Shown: piece by piece, positions 1 to 9,155 of the stretch | Position numbering within the stretch: position 1 is the first letter of the stretch | How the letters are laid out: every line of letters begins with the position of its first letter | Source: an uncultured Nitrososphaerota archaeon | GTDB taxonomy: Archaea > Thermoproteota > Nitrososphaeria > Nitrososphaerales > Gagatemarchaeaceae | Direction: 5' to 3' | DNA length: 64,000 nt | Assembly: GCA_963703285.1 (NCBI GenBank) | Contig: OY969807.1 | Coordinates: 288,001-352,000, forward strand | Translations under genes and position numbers: made by a program | The notes under the pieces: model-generated | What the model saw: only the letters and a program-made list of their open reading frames with translations | What the model was told of the DNA's origin: nothing | The model's database searches: none

Positions 1-5
1 GGACC

Positions 6-296
6 GTGCAGGAGATCAGCGTGGAGCAGGCGATCCCCCTGAGCACGTGCTACAGGAGGGCGAGCGAACTGGCGCACAAGGGTCTCCTTATGATCGAGCG
101 CATCGTGGTGACGGGGGAAGGCAAGAGGTACGCTGTCTACAGGAGCTCCTTCAAGGCCCTGAAGATAACCTCGGATCTCGAGACGGTGTCCGCGACCGCC
201 GAGCTGAACCCCAGTGTGGCGGAGAAGTTCCACAGGATGTGGCTGAACGGCGGGATGCCGACCTCCGAGCAAGATCGCTCGTCTTGGACGAAGTAG
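6..296 (+). CDS. Winged-helix transcription regulator (probably 5'-truncated by window edge)
   Basis: HTH-like EISVEQAIPLSTCYRRASEL followed by wing GLLMIERIVVTGEGKRYAVY. Confidence 0.6.
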   Translation: MQEISVEQAIPLSTCYRRASELAHKGLLMIERIVVTGEGKRYAVYRSSFKALKITSDLETVSATAELNPSVAEKFHRMWLNGGMPTSEQDRSSWTK

Positions 297-445
297 CCAC
301 GCGCGCCCCGGGTCAGGGCCTTCGATTTGACCGTACAATGAACCGCCGGTCGTCATTCGGAAGTTTTATGACTTGGAGCGGGGAACACCGTCTGACCGTG
401 CCTTCCTTGGGTGGGGACCGACGTTCGCTTCTGGGTGATCTCTGA

Positions 446-619
446 ATGGGCATAGTGGTATCGCCTTCCACGTGCGCGGAGTGCCACAGGACCGAGATCC
501 TGAACCTGCTCTGCAGGAAGTGCAGACTCCACTTCTGCGAAGAGTGCGCCAAGGAACTCTCCTACAACTGTCCCGTCTGCAAGGGGAAGCTGGAAAGAAG
601 GGGTTTCGAGCTCTACTAG
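446..619 (+). CDS. RING-like C4C4 zinc-finger microprotein, 57 aa (below ORF-track cutoff)
   Basis: Hand translation MGIVVSPSTCAECHRTEILNLLCRKCRLHFCEECAKELSYNCPVCKGKLERRGFELY*; four CxxC pairs; GC-rich codon usage. Confidence 0.75.
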   Translation: MGIVVSPSTCAECHRTEILNLLCRKCRLHFCEECAKELSYNCPVCKGKLERRGFELY

Positions 620-717
620 GCCTCGGTAGCTACCAGCCCGGATAGTCCGGGGAGCCGCGCCGGGGCCATGTGCGCGCTGTTTTTCTACTGGCCAATGCGA
701 GAGAATCAGGCGATACG

Positions 718-849
718 ATGTCAGCGAAGAGCAAGGCGAAGGCTGCGATGAAGAAGACCGAAGCGGACGTCTCCAAGGTCGGCCACGAGATAGCGAAGGG
801 CGGGAAGGCCGTCGGCAAGGATCTCAAGAAGATCAAGAAGAAGGTCTAG
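718..849 (+). CDS. Small lysine-rich protein, 43 aa
   Basis: Hand translation MSAKSKAKAAMKKTEADVSKVGHEIAKGGKAVGKDLKKIKKKV*; AAG-dominated host-like codons. Confidence 0.6.
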   Translation: MSAKSKAKAAMKKTEADVSKVGHEIAKGGKAVGKDLKKIKKKV

Positions 850-904
850 GTCAGAACACTCCTGCCCGCCTGCCACCTTACCGGGGCGTCTGCCGGATGA
901 GTCC

Positions 905-1675
905 CTAGACCGGGCTCACGACCGTCGTCTCGTATGGATGCGCGCTGTGGGTTGAGATGAAGACGGTGTAGTTCGACTCGGGCCTCCAGGAGAACGGGAC
1001 GGTCACTTGGTCGACGTGCCCAGGGGGAAAGCCCTCGGTGCCGACGGTAGCCGACCCGGCGCTTCCAGCTGGCAGCGTCGTGCCATTGTTCAGGATGTAG
1101 CCGTAAAGCGAGAAGTCGAGGTTTCCTGTCTGGAGCTCGCTCGAGGCCTGGGGGCTGTTCGGCGAGAGCAGGCCATAGACGAGCCAGAGCGACCCGTTGT
1201 TGATCGCCACCGATTCCAACCCATCCTCTAGAGTGCCCTGGTTCGCGACGATCACGACGACGGCCGTAGAATTGGGGAAGCCGATGGCCGTTATCGCCAA
1301 GTCGTACGTCCCGACGGGACCAGCGGGACGAGAGTAGATCTCGTATCCGGCGCCTATGTACACGAACGAGATGAGCAGCCCGATCGTAAAGATTGTCGCG
1401 GCCACCCTAGGATTGTATTTCTTGACCGCCCGGTAACCTATGACTCCTCCGACTACGGCAAGGAAGACCAGGAGGTAGTACCTTGCCGGGATGGTTCCTT
1501 CGGCGCTCCCGGCTTGCACGCTTACCGACCGCGCCTCTCGCCCTGCTTCTGTCGATGCCCCGGGCGCTGCAGCCGAAGGCGGGACCGGCGCCGGTTTGAC
1601 GAACTCGTAGCCGCACCTTGGGCAGAATCTCGGGTCCGGGTCCAGGATCTCGTGCCCACAACCAGGACAGAGCAT
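905..1675 (-). CDS. Zinc-ribbon domain membrane protein
   Basis: N-terminal CPGC..CPRC, two TM helices, Ser/Thr/Asn-rich extracellular C-terminus; start set at ATG 1675 (ORF open to 1735). Confidence 0.7.
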   Translation of the reverse strand: MLCPGCGHEILDPDPRFCPRCGYEFVKPAPVPPSAAAPGASTEAGREARSVSVQAGSAEGTIPARYYLLVFLAVVGGVIGYRAVKKYNPRVAATIFTIGLLISFVYIGAGYEIYSRPAGPVGTYDLAITAIGFPNSTAVVVIVANQGTLEDGLESVAINNGSLWLVYGLLSPNSPQASSELQTGNLDFSLYGYILNNGTTLPAGSAGSATVGTEGFPPGHVDQVTVPFSWRPESNYTVFISTHSAHPYETTVVSPV

Positions 1676-1826
1676 ATCCCCTGCCTTGGGATTCTGTCTA
1701 ATAAGGCCGCCTCGGCTGCCGCTTCTGATGGCCACAACACCACCGGCGGAAGAGGGTACTTGGGCTCGGACCGAAAGCCGTACCCCTCGGTTTGGTTATG
1801 GGCGCATGAGACGCCCCATGTCAGAA

Positions 1827-2513
1827 TTATGTCTTATCCAAGTACTTACGGCCCAGCACGATTAGAACCGCCTTCAAGGCTGAGGAGACCAGGTATACGT
1901 ACGCGAATATTCCCGCAAGGGCGAGGACCACAAGGTATGTGTTGATGACAAAGCCCCCGAGGATGCTGACTACTATCCCGGCTATGCCCGCGGCGCGCGA
2001 CCCACGCAGAAGGAACATCGATATCGACATGTCAACGATCCCGGCCCCGAAGGCGAGCAGCCCCACATCCAGCGCCTGCGAGGCAGGGAATTTGAGCACG
2101 TCGGCGAAGTAAGTGAAGAACGCCTGAAGCACGGGGGTAAAGGAGTAGGAAGCATTCGGCTCATGCCCGACGAGACCGATTACGATTAGGAGGAAGCCCA
2201 CCACGGCGCCCGCGAGGCCGTTCAGGACCGCGAGGACGGCCGCCACATAGATAGCGGCCCTCCTGAAGCGTGTGTGGGGTGTCAGCTGAGCCTTCTTCTG
2301 CAATTTCACCGCGTCCTTGACCTGGAGCGTCTCGGCGTCCGACCTGCAGTAGTTCCTGCCATTGAAGGTCGCTCTGCATAGCCTGCAGACGCCTCTATTG
2401 CATACCGCACAGACCGCGACGGCCCTACGCTCGGGGTGCACGTAGCAGTGTGACTGGGGCGTGCGGGCCCCCGCCTGCGGGTTGGGAGTTTGGCTACCAG
2501 TCGGAGTCGTCAC
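1827..2513 (-). CDS. B-box-type zinc finger membrane protein
   Basis: CYVHPERRAVAVCAVCNRGVCRLC..YC followed by about four TM helices. Confidence 0.7.
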   Translation of the reverse strand: MTTPTGSQTPNPQAGARTPQSHCYVHPERRAVAVCAVCNRGVCRLCRATFNGRNYCRSDAETLQVKDAVKLQKKAQLTPHTRFRRAAIYVAAVLAVLNGLAGAVVGFLLIVIGLVGHEPNASYSFTPVLQAFFTYFADVLKFPASQALDVGLLAFGAGIVDMSISMFLLRGSRAAGIAGIVVSILGGFVINTYLVVLALAGIFAYVYLVSSALKAVLIVLGRKYLDKT

Positions 2514-2669
2514 GGACGACCTTCACGCCTTTCTTCATACGGGAATGGCGGGAAGTAGTCGCGTCTTTATGCTTACTGGATGCAGCCTCCTCGAGTTCCA
2601 AGGCGGGAGAAGACCAATCATCTCGACCGGACGACTGCTTAAATAAGAACCGCGCTTCATTACTCCCAA

Positions 2670-3068
2670 ATGCTCTCTGAATCAGGCACCCACGCGACGC
2701 TGCTGACGGTCCGCAACATGGACCGGGCGGTGAAGTTCTATACGGAGACGCTCGGTGGGAAGCTGCTCTCGAGGGACGAGGGGGAGATGAAGGACTTTTG
2801 GGCTTCCGTGAGGGTAAGCAAATCGGTATTCTGGCTGGTCACGCCGGATCAGAAGGAGAAGCGCGAGCTCGCCTACTCTGTCTTCATCGTCAAGGACATC
2901 AAGGGGGTCGTCGCCGACTTGAAGTCGAAGGGCGTGAAGTTCCAGCGCGCTGAGAAGGACGAGATGACGTCGAGGGTCGAAGGGCCGATAGGCTACTCTC
3001 CGATGGGGGCCACAGCGTTCTTCAAGGACACCGAAGGCAACCTCCTGATGCTGTATCAGGGCGCGTAG
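2670..3068 (+). CDS. VOC/glyoxalase family protein
   Basis: HATLLTVRNMDRAVKFY ... FFKDTEGNLLML motifs. Confidence 0.85.
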   Translation: MLSESGTHATLLTVRNMDRAVKFYTETLGGKLLSRDEGEMKDFWASVRVSKSVFWLVTPDQKEKRELAYSVFIVKDIKGVVADLKSKGVKFQRAEKDEMTSRVEGPIGYSPMGATAFFKDTEGNLLMLYQGA

Positions 3069-3152
3069 CGGAAGAGCCTTCGGAGTCGCTAGCAAGACGC
3101 CTAAAACCTGACACGTTCTTAAGCCCGAGGCTGAGGGGCCGGTCGCAAGGCA

Positions 3153-4295
3153 ATGAAGCCAGTAGATCTGATGTCTGTTTCGATCTCTGAATTCGTCACC
3201 GGTGTCGACGCCTTCTCCCCTACGGACCGAGTCTCGGAGGTGATAGGCTACATGAAAGAGAATCAGTGGTACGAAGCGCTGGTGGAGGACGGCGACCGGA
3301 CATCAATTGTCACCGTCCGCGATCTGCTGGACCTGACGAGCCTCGAGACCCGGCTCTCGAAGCTCATGCACCAGGTGCCGCGGCTCAACCGGCAGAACAC
3401 CGTCAGCGACGCCGCTTCCCTGATGTTCGAGTACAGGACCAGGTCGATGCCGATTTACGACGGTGACAAGCTCGTCGGACAGGCGACTTCGCCGCTGATA
3501 TTGGGCAGGATGTTCGACTCGGAGGTCCCGGTCAGGTTGTCCTCGGTAATGACCAAGGAGCCCAACACCATCCAGTCGGACAGTACCGTGGCCTCCGCCA
3601 GGGAGCTGATGCGCAGGAAGAAGATCGACCAGGTTCCCATCATCGATCAGGGCAGGCTGAGCGGTGTCATCACCTCGGATTCCATCGTCTTCAACATGGT
3701 CCCGAGGACTGACCGAGATGTGAAGGGCGGCAACCGCGGGGGCAGGTTCGCTGAACCGCTCAGGGAGTATGGAACCGGCAGCATCGTGACCAACGAGGTC
3801 ACCGACTCGCTCTTGGACGTGTACGTCAAGATGAAGGAGGAACAGTCAAATTACTCGATGATAGTCAACACAGGCGAGCTTCAAGGCATCGTCACATACA
3901 GAGACTTCATGAAGGTTCTCCTGAGACGGAGCGCGCCGGCTCAACTCCCCGTCTACATAGTCGGCCTCCCCGACGACCCGTTCAGCGCCGCGGCGGTCCG
4001 GCAGAAGTTCACTGAGGCGATACGCACCCTTCGGAAGGGGTTCCCTGAGATGTCGGAGGCCAGGGCCGTGATCAAGTCAGCGGAAGCAGGCGGTCCGAAG
4101 CAGAAGAGCCAGGTCGACGTCTTCATCGCATCCCCCAAAGAGAGGTACTCGTACAGCGTCTTCTCGTACGAGGTTGCGGACGCCTTCGACCAGGTGAACG
4201 CGTGGGCGAAGAAGCTGAATTCCCAGCGCAAGAAAGCCCGGTTGAAGACGAGGGAGAAGCGCCGTCTGCACGCGGTCGAGTTCCCAGAAGAGTGA
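3153..4295 (+). CDS. CBS-domain protein with C-terminal HPF/RaiA-like domain (archaeal ribosome hibernation factor HibA-like)
   Basis: Four CBS repeats (e.g. VMTKEPNTIQSDSTVASARELMRRKKIDQVPII) followed by a ~100-aa domain from VYIVGL with a basic tail, resembling HPF. Confidence 0.7.
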   Translation: MKPVDLMSVSISEFVTGVDAFSPTDRVSEVIGYMKENQWYEALVEDGDRTSIVTVRDLLDLTSLETRLSKLMHQVPRLNRQNTVSDAASLMFEYRTRSMPIYDGDKLVGQATSPLILGRMFDSEVPVRLSSVMTKEPNTIQSDSTVASARELMRRKKIDQVPIIDQGRLSGVITSDSIVFNMVPRTDRDVKGGNRGGRFAEPLREYGTGSIVTNEVTDSLLDVYVKMKEEQSNYSMIVNTGELQGIVTYRDFMKVLLRRSAPAQLPVYIVGLPDDPFSAAAVRQKFTEAIRTLRKGFPEMSEARAVIKSAEAGGPKQKSQVDVFIASPKERYSYSVFSYEVADAFDQVNAWAKKLNSQRKKARLKTREKRRLHAVEFPEE

Positions 4296-4569
4296 CCCTA
4301 GCAAAGGGGTGTCGCGACCGGCGACACGCTCTCTCGCGCACATCAGTGCGATGTTCCCGCTGGTCGAGCAAGGATTCGAACCCTCATTGGACCTTGGGAG
4401 CGCGTGCCACCTCACAGGAAAACAGCCTGGTGGAGGTGATTCTGATCCCGATGGCTCTGACCCACCTGCCGGTGTGACTCCAGGGACTATTAGATATAGG
4501 AGAGCTTTCATCTCCCCCGCGTTGTCGAATCAAGAACCGAGAAGACCTCCGAAGGGGTGGAGGAGAAAC

Positions 4570-4734
4570 ATGGCCGTCTCCGCGCTCCTCTTGATACTTC
4601 TCGCAGCAATCATCGTCTCGCCCTCTCCGAGTTTACCGAGACTCTTGTTCGCCCTTCTCGTCGTTATCATCGTTCTTGGTGCTATCGCAGCCATCTGGCG
4701 TCGCAACTCCCGCCTCGAGCGGGCCAATAGCTGA
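4570..4734 (+). CDS. Small two-TM membrane protein
   Basis: MAVSALLLILLAAIIVSPSPSLPRLLFALLVVIIVLGAIAAIWRR; GGAGGAG SD-like sequence upstream. Confidence 0.45.
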   Translation: MAVSALLLILLAAIIVSPSPSLPRLLFALLVVIIVLGAIAAIWRRNSRLERANS

Positions 4735-4880
4735 AACCCGGAGATGCCGTCATTACTTGGGGCAGCCAAGCAGATGGCTCGCCGATGTCCTGCCTTGCGC
4801 CTTTCCCGGAGTTTCCTGTCAAGGTGCGACGATTACCTCTGCCCCGATTTCCTAGAATTTCGCATGAATGAAGGGTAATT

Positions 4881-5138
4881 GGAATATTAAATACGTATAT
4901 ACCGCTTTATAACATACGTTAAGGCAATGGCTGATAGCAGCAAGCCAATGACCAAGGAAGGAGACCGAAGGACCTTCCTCAAGATTGGCGCCGGCGTGGT
5001 TGCTGGCGCAGTCGTAGCAGGTGTCGCAACAGACGCCTACCTCAGTAGCGTGATAGGAAGCAACAATAGTAGCTCGAGCAGCGCAGTCGCATCCCTCTCG
5101 AATCAGCTCGCATCGACGCAGAACGAGCTGTCATCGAC
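4881..5138 (+). repeat. 258-bp perfect direct repeat, copy 1 (promoter + Tat leader)
   Basis: Identical base for base to 8898-9155 (offset 4017). Confidence 0.95.
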
Positions 5139-6069
5139 TCAAGGTCAACTCTCCTCGACGGCAGCCCAGCTGTCATCCGCGCAGGCGCAGGCAGCGTCTC
5201 TGAGCGGCCAGCTGAGCTCGACGCAGGCGCAGCTCACGAGCGCGAACTCCGCACTGACCAGCGTCAGCTCCCAATTAACCTCGACGCAGCAGGCACTGAC
5301 GAGCGCCAACAGCCAGGTCACCACCTTGAACAGCCAGGTCACCTCCCTGAACTCAGAGTTGAGCCTCGCGAACTCGCATGCCTTTCAATTCTTCCAAACC
5401 ACCGAGATACCGCTTGTGGCTGCTATCGCATCGACCATGATCCCGACGGACAGCAACGGGCCCGGCGCGAATGAGGCCGGTGTGATTTACTTCCTTGATG
5501 GTCAGCTGGCGGGTGATTACGGGACGAGCGCCAACATGTATTTCCAGGGTCCTTGGATCCAGCCGTCTACGGCTGGGCCACTGACGGTCGATGGCGTGAC
5601 CTACTCCGGAGGGAGCGCGCCAGCTAGGCTGACCGCTGGAGGCGGATTCCAGTACCCGTTGACTTGGCAGAACTTTTGGAGGAACTGCCTCACCTATACC
5701 GAGGCCTACGCGAACAGCGCCTACCGAGCGAACTTCGAGGACCTGTCAGCGGCTAACCAGACTGCCTGCCTTACCGACCTGTGGAACAACAAGCCCACGA
5801 ACTTCAACGGTATCGTCCCCCAGGCATGGTTCTCCGAGCTCCACGACATGGTTTGGGCTGGGTTCTTCACCGATCCGCTGTACGGCGGAAACCAGGGCAT
5901 GGTGAGTTGGAAGCTCATGGGGTTCTCGGGCACGAACCAGGGCGACGCCTACGGAGAGGGATACACCACCAAAGAGTTGATGCTAATGACAACCCCATTC
6001 AGACTGCAGCCGCAGAGCCTGACGGAATTCCAGATAGCGGCCGGACAAACCCCCGCGGGGAGTAGCTAG
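4927..6069 (+). CDS. Gluconate 2-dehydrogenase subunit 3-like protein with Tat signal and Ser/Gln/Thr coiled-coil stalk
   Basis: DRRTFLK twin-arginine motif; heptad repeats; IP.D..GPGA.EAGVIYF.D.QL and DPLYGGNQGMVSWKLMGF motifs. Confidence 0.85.
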   Translation: MADSSKPMTKEGDRRTFLKIGAGVVAGAVVAGVATDAYLSSVIGSNNSSSSSAVASLSNQLASTQNELSSTQGQLSSTAAQLSSAQAQAASLSGQLSSTQAQLTSANSALTSVSSQLTSTQQALTSANSQVTTLNSQVTSLNSELSLANSHAFQFFQTTEIPLVAAIASTMIPTDSNGPGANEAGVIYFLDGQLAGDYGTSANMYFQGPWIQPSTAGPLTVDGVTYSGGSAPARLTAGGGFQYPLTWQNFWRNCLTYTEAYANSAYRANFEDLSAANQTACLTDLWNNKPTNFNGIVPQAWFSELHDMVWAGFFTDPLYGGNQGMVSWKLMGFSGTNQGDAYGEGYTTKELMLMTTPFRLQPQSLTEFQIAAGQTPAGSS

Positions 6070-6071
6070 AC

Positions 6072-7868
6072 ATGTCCACCACAATAACCGAGCCGGCAGC
6101 CGACGTCGTCGTGGTCGGCCTAGGAGCGACCGGAGGAATCATATGCGCCGAACTCGTGAAGGCCGGGCTGAAAGTCGTAGGAATCGACAAGGGACCCTAC
6201 CTGGACTACTCAGTCGACTTTGCAGAGTCGCAGAAGTTCGACGAGTGGAAGACCCAATTCGCGCACTTCTACGATCATCACCTCAGCATGTGGACCTACA
6301 GCATCCGAAACGAGCCGACCCAGTTCGCTATCCCGGTAAGGAGGTACACGAAGTCCATCTCCACCGTGCCCGAAGCCCACGAAGTCGGCGGAATGTGTGT
6401 ACACTTCAGCGGCGGCCTCGGGAGATACATGCCCTGGACCTATCAGGCCTATTCCATGACCAACAGCAGGTACGGGACGAGCTTCCTTGACAGCATAGAG
6501 GGTAACATCGACCTCGAAGATTACCCCTTCACCGCCGCGGATCTCGTTCCCTACGCCCAATCTTGGGAGCAGTGTGACGGTGTCTCCGGGACCAACCAAG
6601 AGCCCTTCATTCCCAATTCGACCTATCCTGTGCCGCCCCATCCGACGACAGCGTTGGGTACCTTGTTCAACGACACCGCCTCAGATCTTGGATACCACCC
6701 CTATCCATCACCCACAGGAATCCTGTCCGAGCCCTATGTGAATCAGTACGGCCTCTCCCGCAACGAGTGCGTCTACGATGGCTGGTGCACGACCGCGACC
6801 TGCAACTTTGTATGCGAGACCGGCGCCAAGGGCAGCTCACACGTCAGCGCCATCCCTTATGCCTTGGCATCGAGCAACTTCACCATGGTCACAAACTCCT
6901 ACGTCTTCCGCGTCAACCTGAACTCCGCCCAGACCCAGGCAACGGGAGTCAGCTACTACGACCAAGCAGGGAATATCCATATTCAGCCCGCTTCGGTCGT
7001 CCACATCTCGCAGTGGAGCGGATCGTCCATGAGACAGATGTTCCTTTCTGGAATAGGAACGCAGTACAACTACACCACTCAGACCGGTGCCCTCGGCAGA
7101 GGTTTCGTCCCGACGCCCGTTGGGAACGCCTCGACTTCGGGGACCATTGCCATCGGAGGCAACGGGTATCCAGCCGGTAACGCGTCGGGCGGAGGCTACG
7201 CGTTCGAGGACTGGGCAGGCGACAACGTGGACCACACGGGCCTCAACTTCATAGGTGGAGTAACAGTCTCTGCCGGAGGCTACCCAGGAGGCTCCATAAA
7301 CACTCTCACGCTCGTGAGCCCCGGTGCAACAAACTTCGGGAGCACTTACAAGGCGAACCTGAAGAACCACTTCCTTCCGACTACCCAGACCGTGAGCGTG
7401 GGTGGTTCCGGCATCATTCTCCCCACCTACGACCACTTCACCGACCTTGATCCCCACTACGAGGACATGTACGGGGACCCCATCCTGAGGATGTGCATGG
7501 ACAACGACACCAACGCCCCAACCTGCACCAACTACTTCGCCCAGCTCCCTGAAGCGACGACGCTCCTCCAGAAACTGGGTGCGACGAACATCAAGACCTC
7601 CGTGCCAGCAATCAGCAGCATAGCCCACGTCGACAGATGGAGCGCGCACCAGCGTGGCGGCGCGAGGGCGGGGGCAAATCCAAGCACGTCGGCCTTCAAC
7701 GCGTGGCTCCAATCCTGGACGGTGGATAATGTCTTCACGACAGGAGAGCACCTCCAGATGCTCGGGGACAACGTGACTCCAGGCACCCATGGGATTGGCC
7801 CCTACGCGTATCTGGCTTCGGAGGGAATCCAGATGTATTTGAAGAGTCCAGGACCGCTAGCGACCTGA
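6072..7868 (+). CDS. GMC oxidoreductase (gluconate 2-dehydrogenase flavoprotein-like)
   Basis: DVVVVGLGATGG FAD-binding motif; CVYDGWC..C..C cysteine cluster; DLDPHYEDMYGDP; C-terminal HQRGG. Confidence 0.85.
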   Translation: MSTTITEPAADVVVVGLGATGGIICAELVKAGLKVVGIDKGPYLDYSVDFAESQKFDEWKTQFAHFYDHHLSMWTYSIRNEPTQFAIPVRRYTKSISTVPEAHEVGGMCVHFSGGLGRYMPWTYQAYSMTNSRYGTSFLDSIEGNIDLEDYPFTAADLVPYAQSWEQCDGVSGTNQEPFIPNSTYPVPPHPTTALGTLFNDTASDLGYHPYPSPTGILSEPYVNQYGLSRNECVYDGWCTTATCNFVCETGAKGSSHVSAIPYALASSNFTMVTNSYVFRVNLNSAQTQATGVSYYDQAGNIHIQPASVVHISQWSGSSMRQMFLSGIGTQYNYTTQTGALGRGFVPTPVGNASTSGTIAIGGNGYPAGNASGGGYAFEDWAGDNVDHTGLNFIGGVTVSAGGYPGGSINTLTLVSPGATNFGSTYKANLKNHFLPTTQTVSVGGSGIILPTYDHFTDLDPHYEDMYGDPILRMCMDNDTNAPTCTNYFAQLPEATTLLQKLGATNIKTSVPAISSIAHVDRWSAHQRGGARAGANPSTSAFNAWLQSWTVDNVFTTGEHLQMLGDNVTPGTHGIGPYAYLASEGIQMYLKSPGPLAT

Positions 7869-8395
7869 CCAGAAGATACCAGCACACAATCTCGGATAGG
7901 AAGACGTCGGCCTCAGGGGGCAGTTCTCTGGTCCTGGCTTCAAGGTTCGGAGCACCGCGTAGGAGGACGGCATCTCGGCATCGCCTGATCAGGGAGTTCA
8001 CCTCGTCGGGTGTCTTTTCGAGTATGCAATCGTTCACCAGGAAGTCCCTAGCTGACGGCTCCTCCATGAAACCGATGAGCGGAAGGGCGTCTCGCGAAGT
8101 ATCGGCCACGGTCGTTCGAAGAGACTTCAGCTTCGATTCGATAATAAGCTGAGCGTCAGCTTGCTGTCTCGGGACGGATAGGAAACTGGCGGTCCCTCTT
8201 CGGCCTTCCTGTGAGCGCGGATTGAAGGCCTGACAAGAACCATATAATGTTGGGGTTAGGAAAGAAGGGCAATCAAGTCGTAGACCTAACCAGGGGGCCT
8301 CATTCGACGGTAATCGGCGTCGTAATGAAATCTCAGGCCTGCATCCCCCATTGGGTCGCTTGGTCGAAGGACCGATAATTTTTTCCAAGAGACCG

Positions 8396-8521
8396 ATGAC
8401 TGGACCAGCCATGACGGTGAAAGAGGCCTATGTCTTAGAGGAGAAGCAGAAGCCATCGTTCATCTGCGATTTCTGTGGTCTCGAGAAGCCCGCGGATCGC
8501 TACCTTCGATGTCCCCGCTAA
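8396..8521 (+). pseudogene. Truncated paralog of the AN1-like zinc finger at 12769
   Basis: MTGPAMTVKEAYVLEEKQKPSFICDFCGLEKPAD then diverges to RYLRCPR*; upstream sequence also matches ~12734-12768. Confidence 0.75.
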
Positions 8522-8897
8522 CTTCACGATCTAGGTCTTGCCGCCGTCGCGCTCTAGAACGTGGGACCCCGTCGCGCCGCTGGCAATGCCGAGATCCTCT
8601 AAAGCTCTGACCGCCTTCAGGTGGATCTGCGCATGCCGGATCGGCGGTTTCTTCACGCGCCAACACTTGAGCCTGATGCGAGCCTTTCCGCGCCCGCTCT
8701 CCAACGGCGGCTGCAGATTCCCGCCTTTGAGCCGGGCTGCCAACGCGTTGTCGTTAGTCCGCCCCGAAACCTTATTCAACACAGGCTTGTCGGAAATGGC
8801 GAACTTCGGTTTGGGCCGGACTCAATCGCGGCAATTCTCAACAATGAGCATCGTGCGCGGTCAATATCCTTGCGTTCCGCATAAATGATGAATGGCC

Positions 8898-9155
8898 GGA
8901 ATATTAAATACGTATATACCGCTTTATAACATACGTTAAGGCAATGGCTGATAGCAGCAAGCCAATGACCAAGGAAGGAGACCGAAGGACCTTCCTCAAG
9001 ATTGGCGCCGGCGTGGTTGCTGGCGCAGTCGTAGCAGGTGTCGCAACAGACGCCTACCTCAGTAGCGTGATAGGAAGCAACAATAGTAGCTCGAGCAGCG
9101 CAGTCGCATCCCTCTCGAATCAGCTCGCATCGACGCAGAACGAGCTGTCATCGAC
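8898..9155 (+). repeat. 258-bp perfect direct repeat, copy 2
   Basis: Identical to 4881-5138. Confidence 0.95.

Noticed and set aside
4361-4386. Minus-strand GAGGGTTCGAATCCTTGCTCGACCA resembling a tRNA 3' end or att site
   Set aside because: Acceptor strand too short, no matching 5' half or second copy, and no integrase nearby
5100-5370. Repetitive CAGCTG/TCGACG-rich DNA as a tandem repeat array
   Set aside because: Explained by the protein-level heptad coiled coil
7735-8412. 225-aa minus-strand ORF between the dehydrogenase operons
   Set aside because: Overlaps the GMC 3' end and the zinc-finger remnant, with no recognisable motif; an internal ~100-aa part may be real but is unsupported
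8885-8951. ATGATGA..CTGA as a C/D box sRNA
   Set aside because: Spans a promoter and start codon, has no internal C'/D' boxes, and the C box is absent from the other repeat copy
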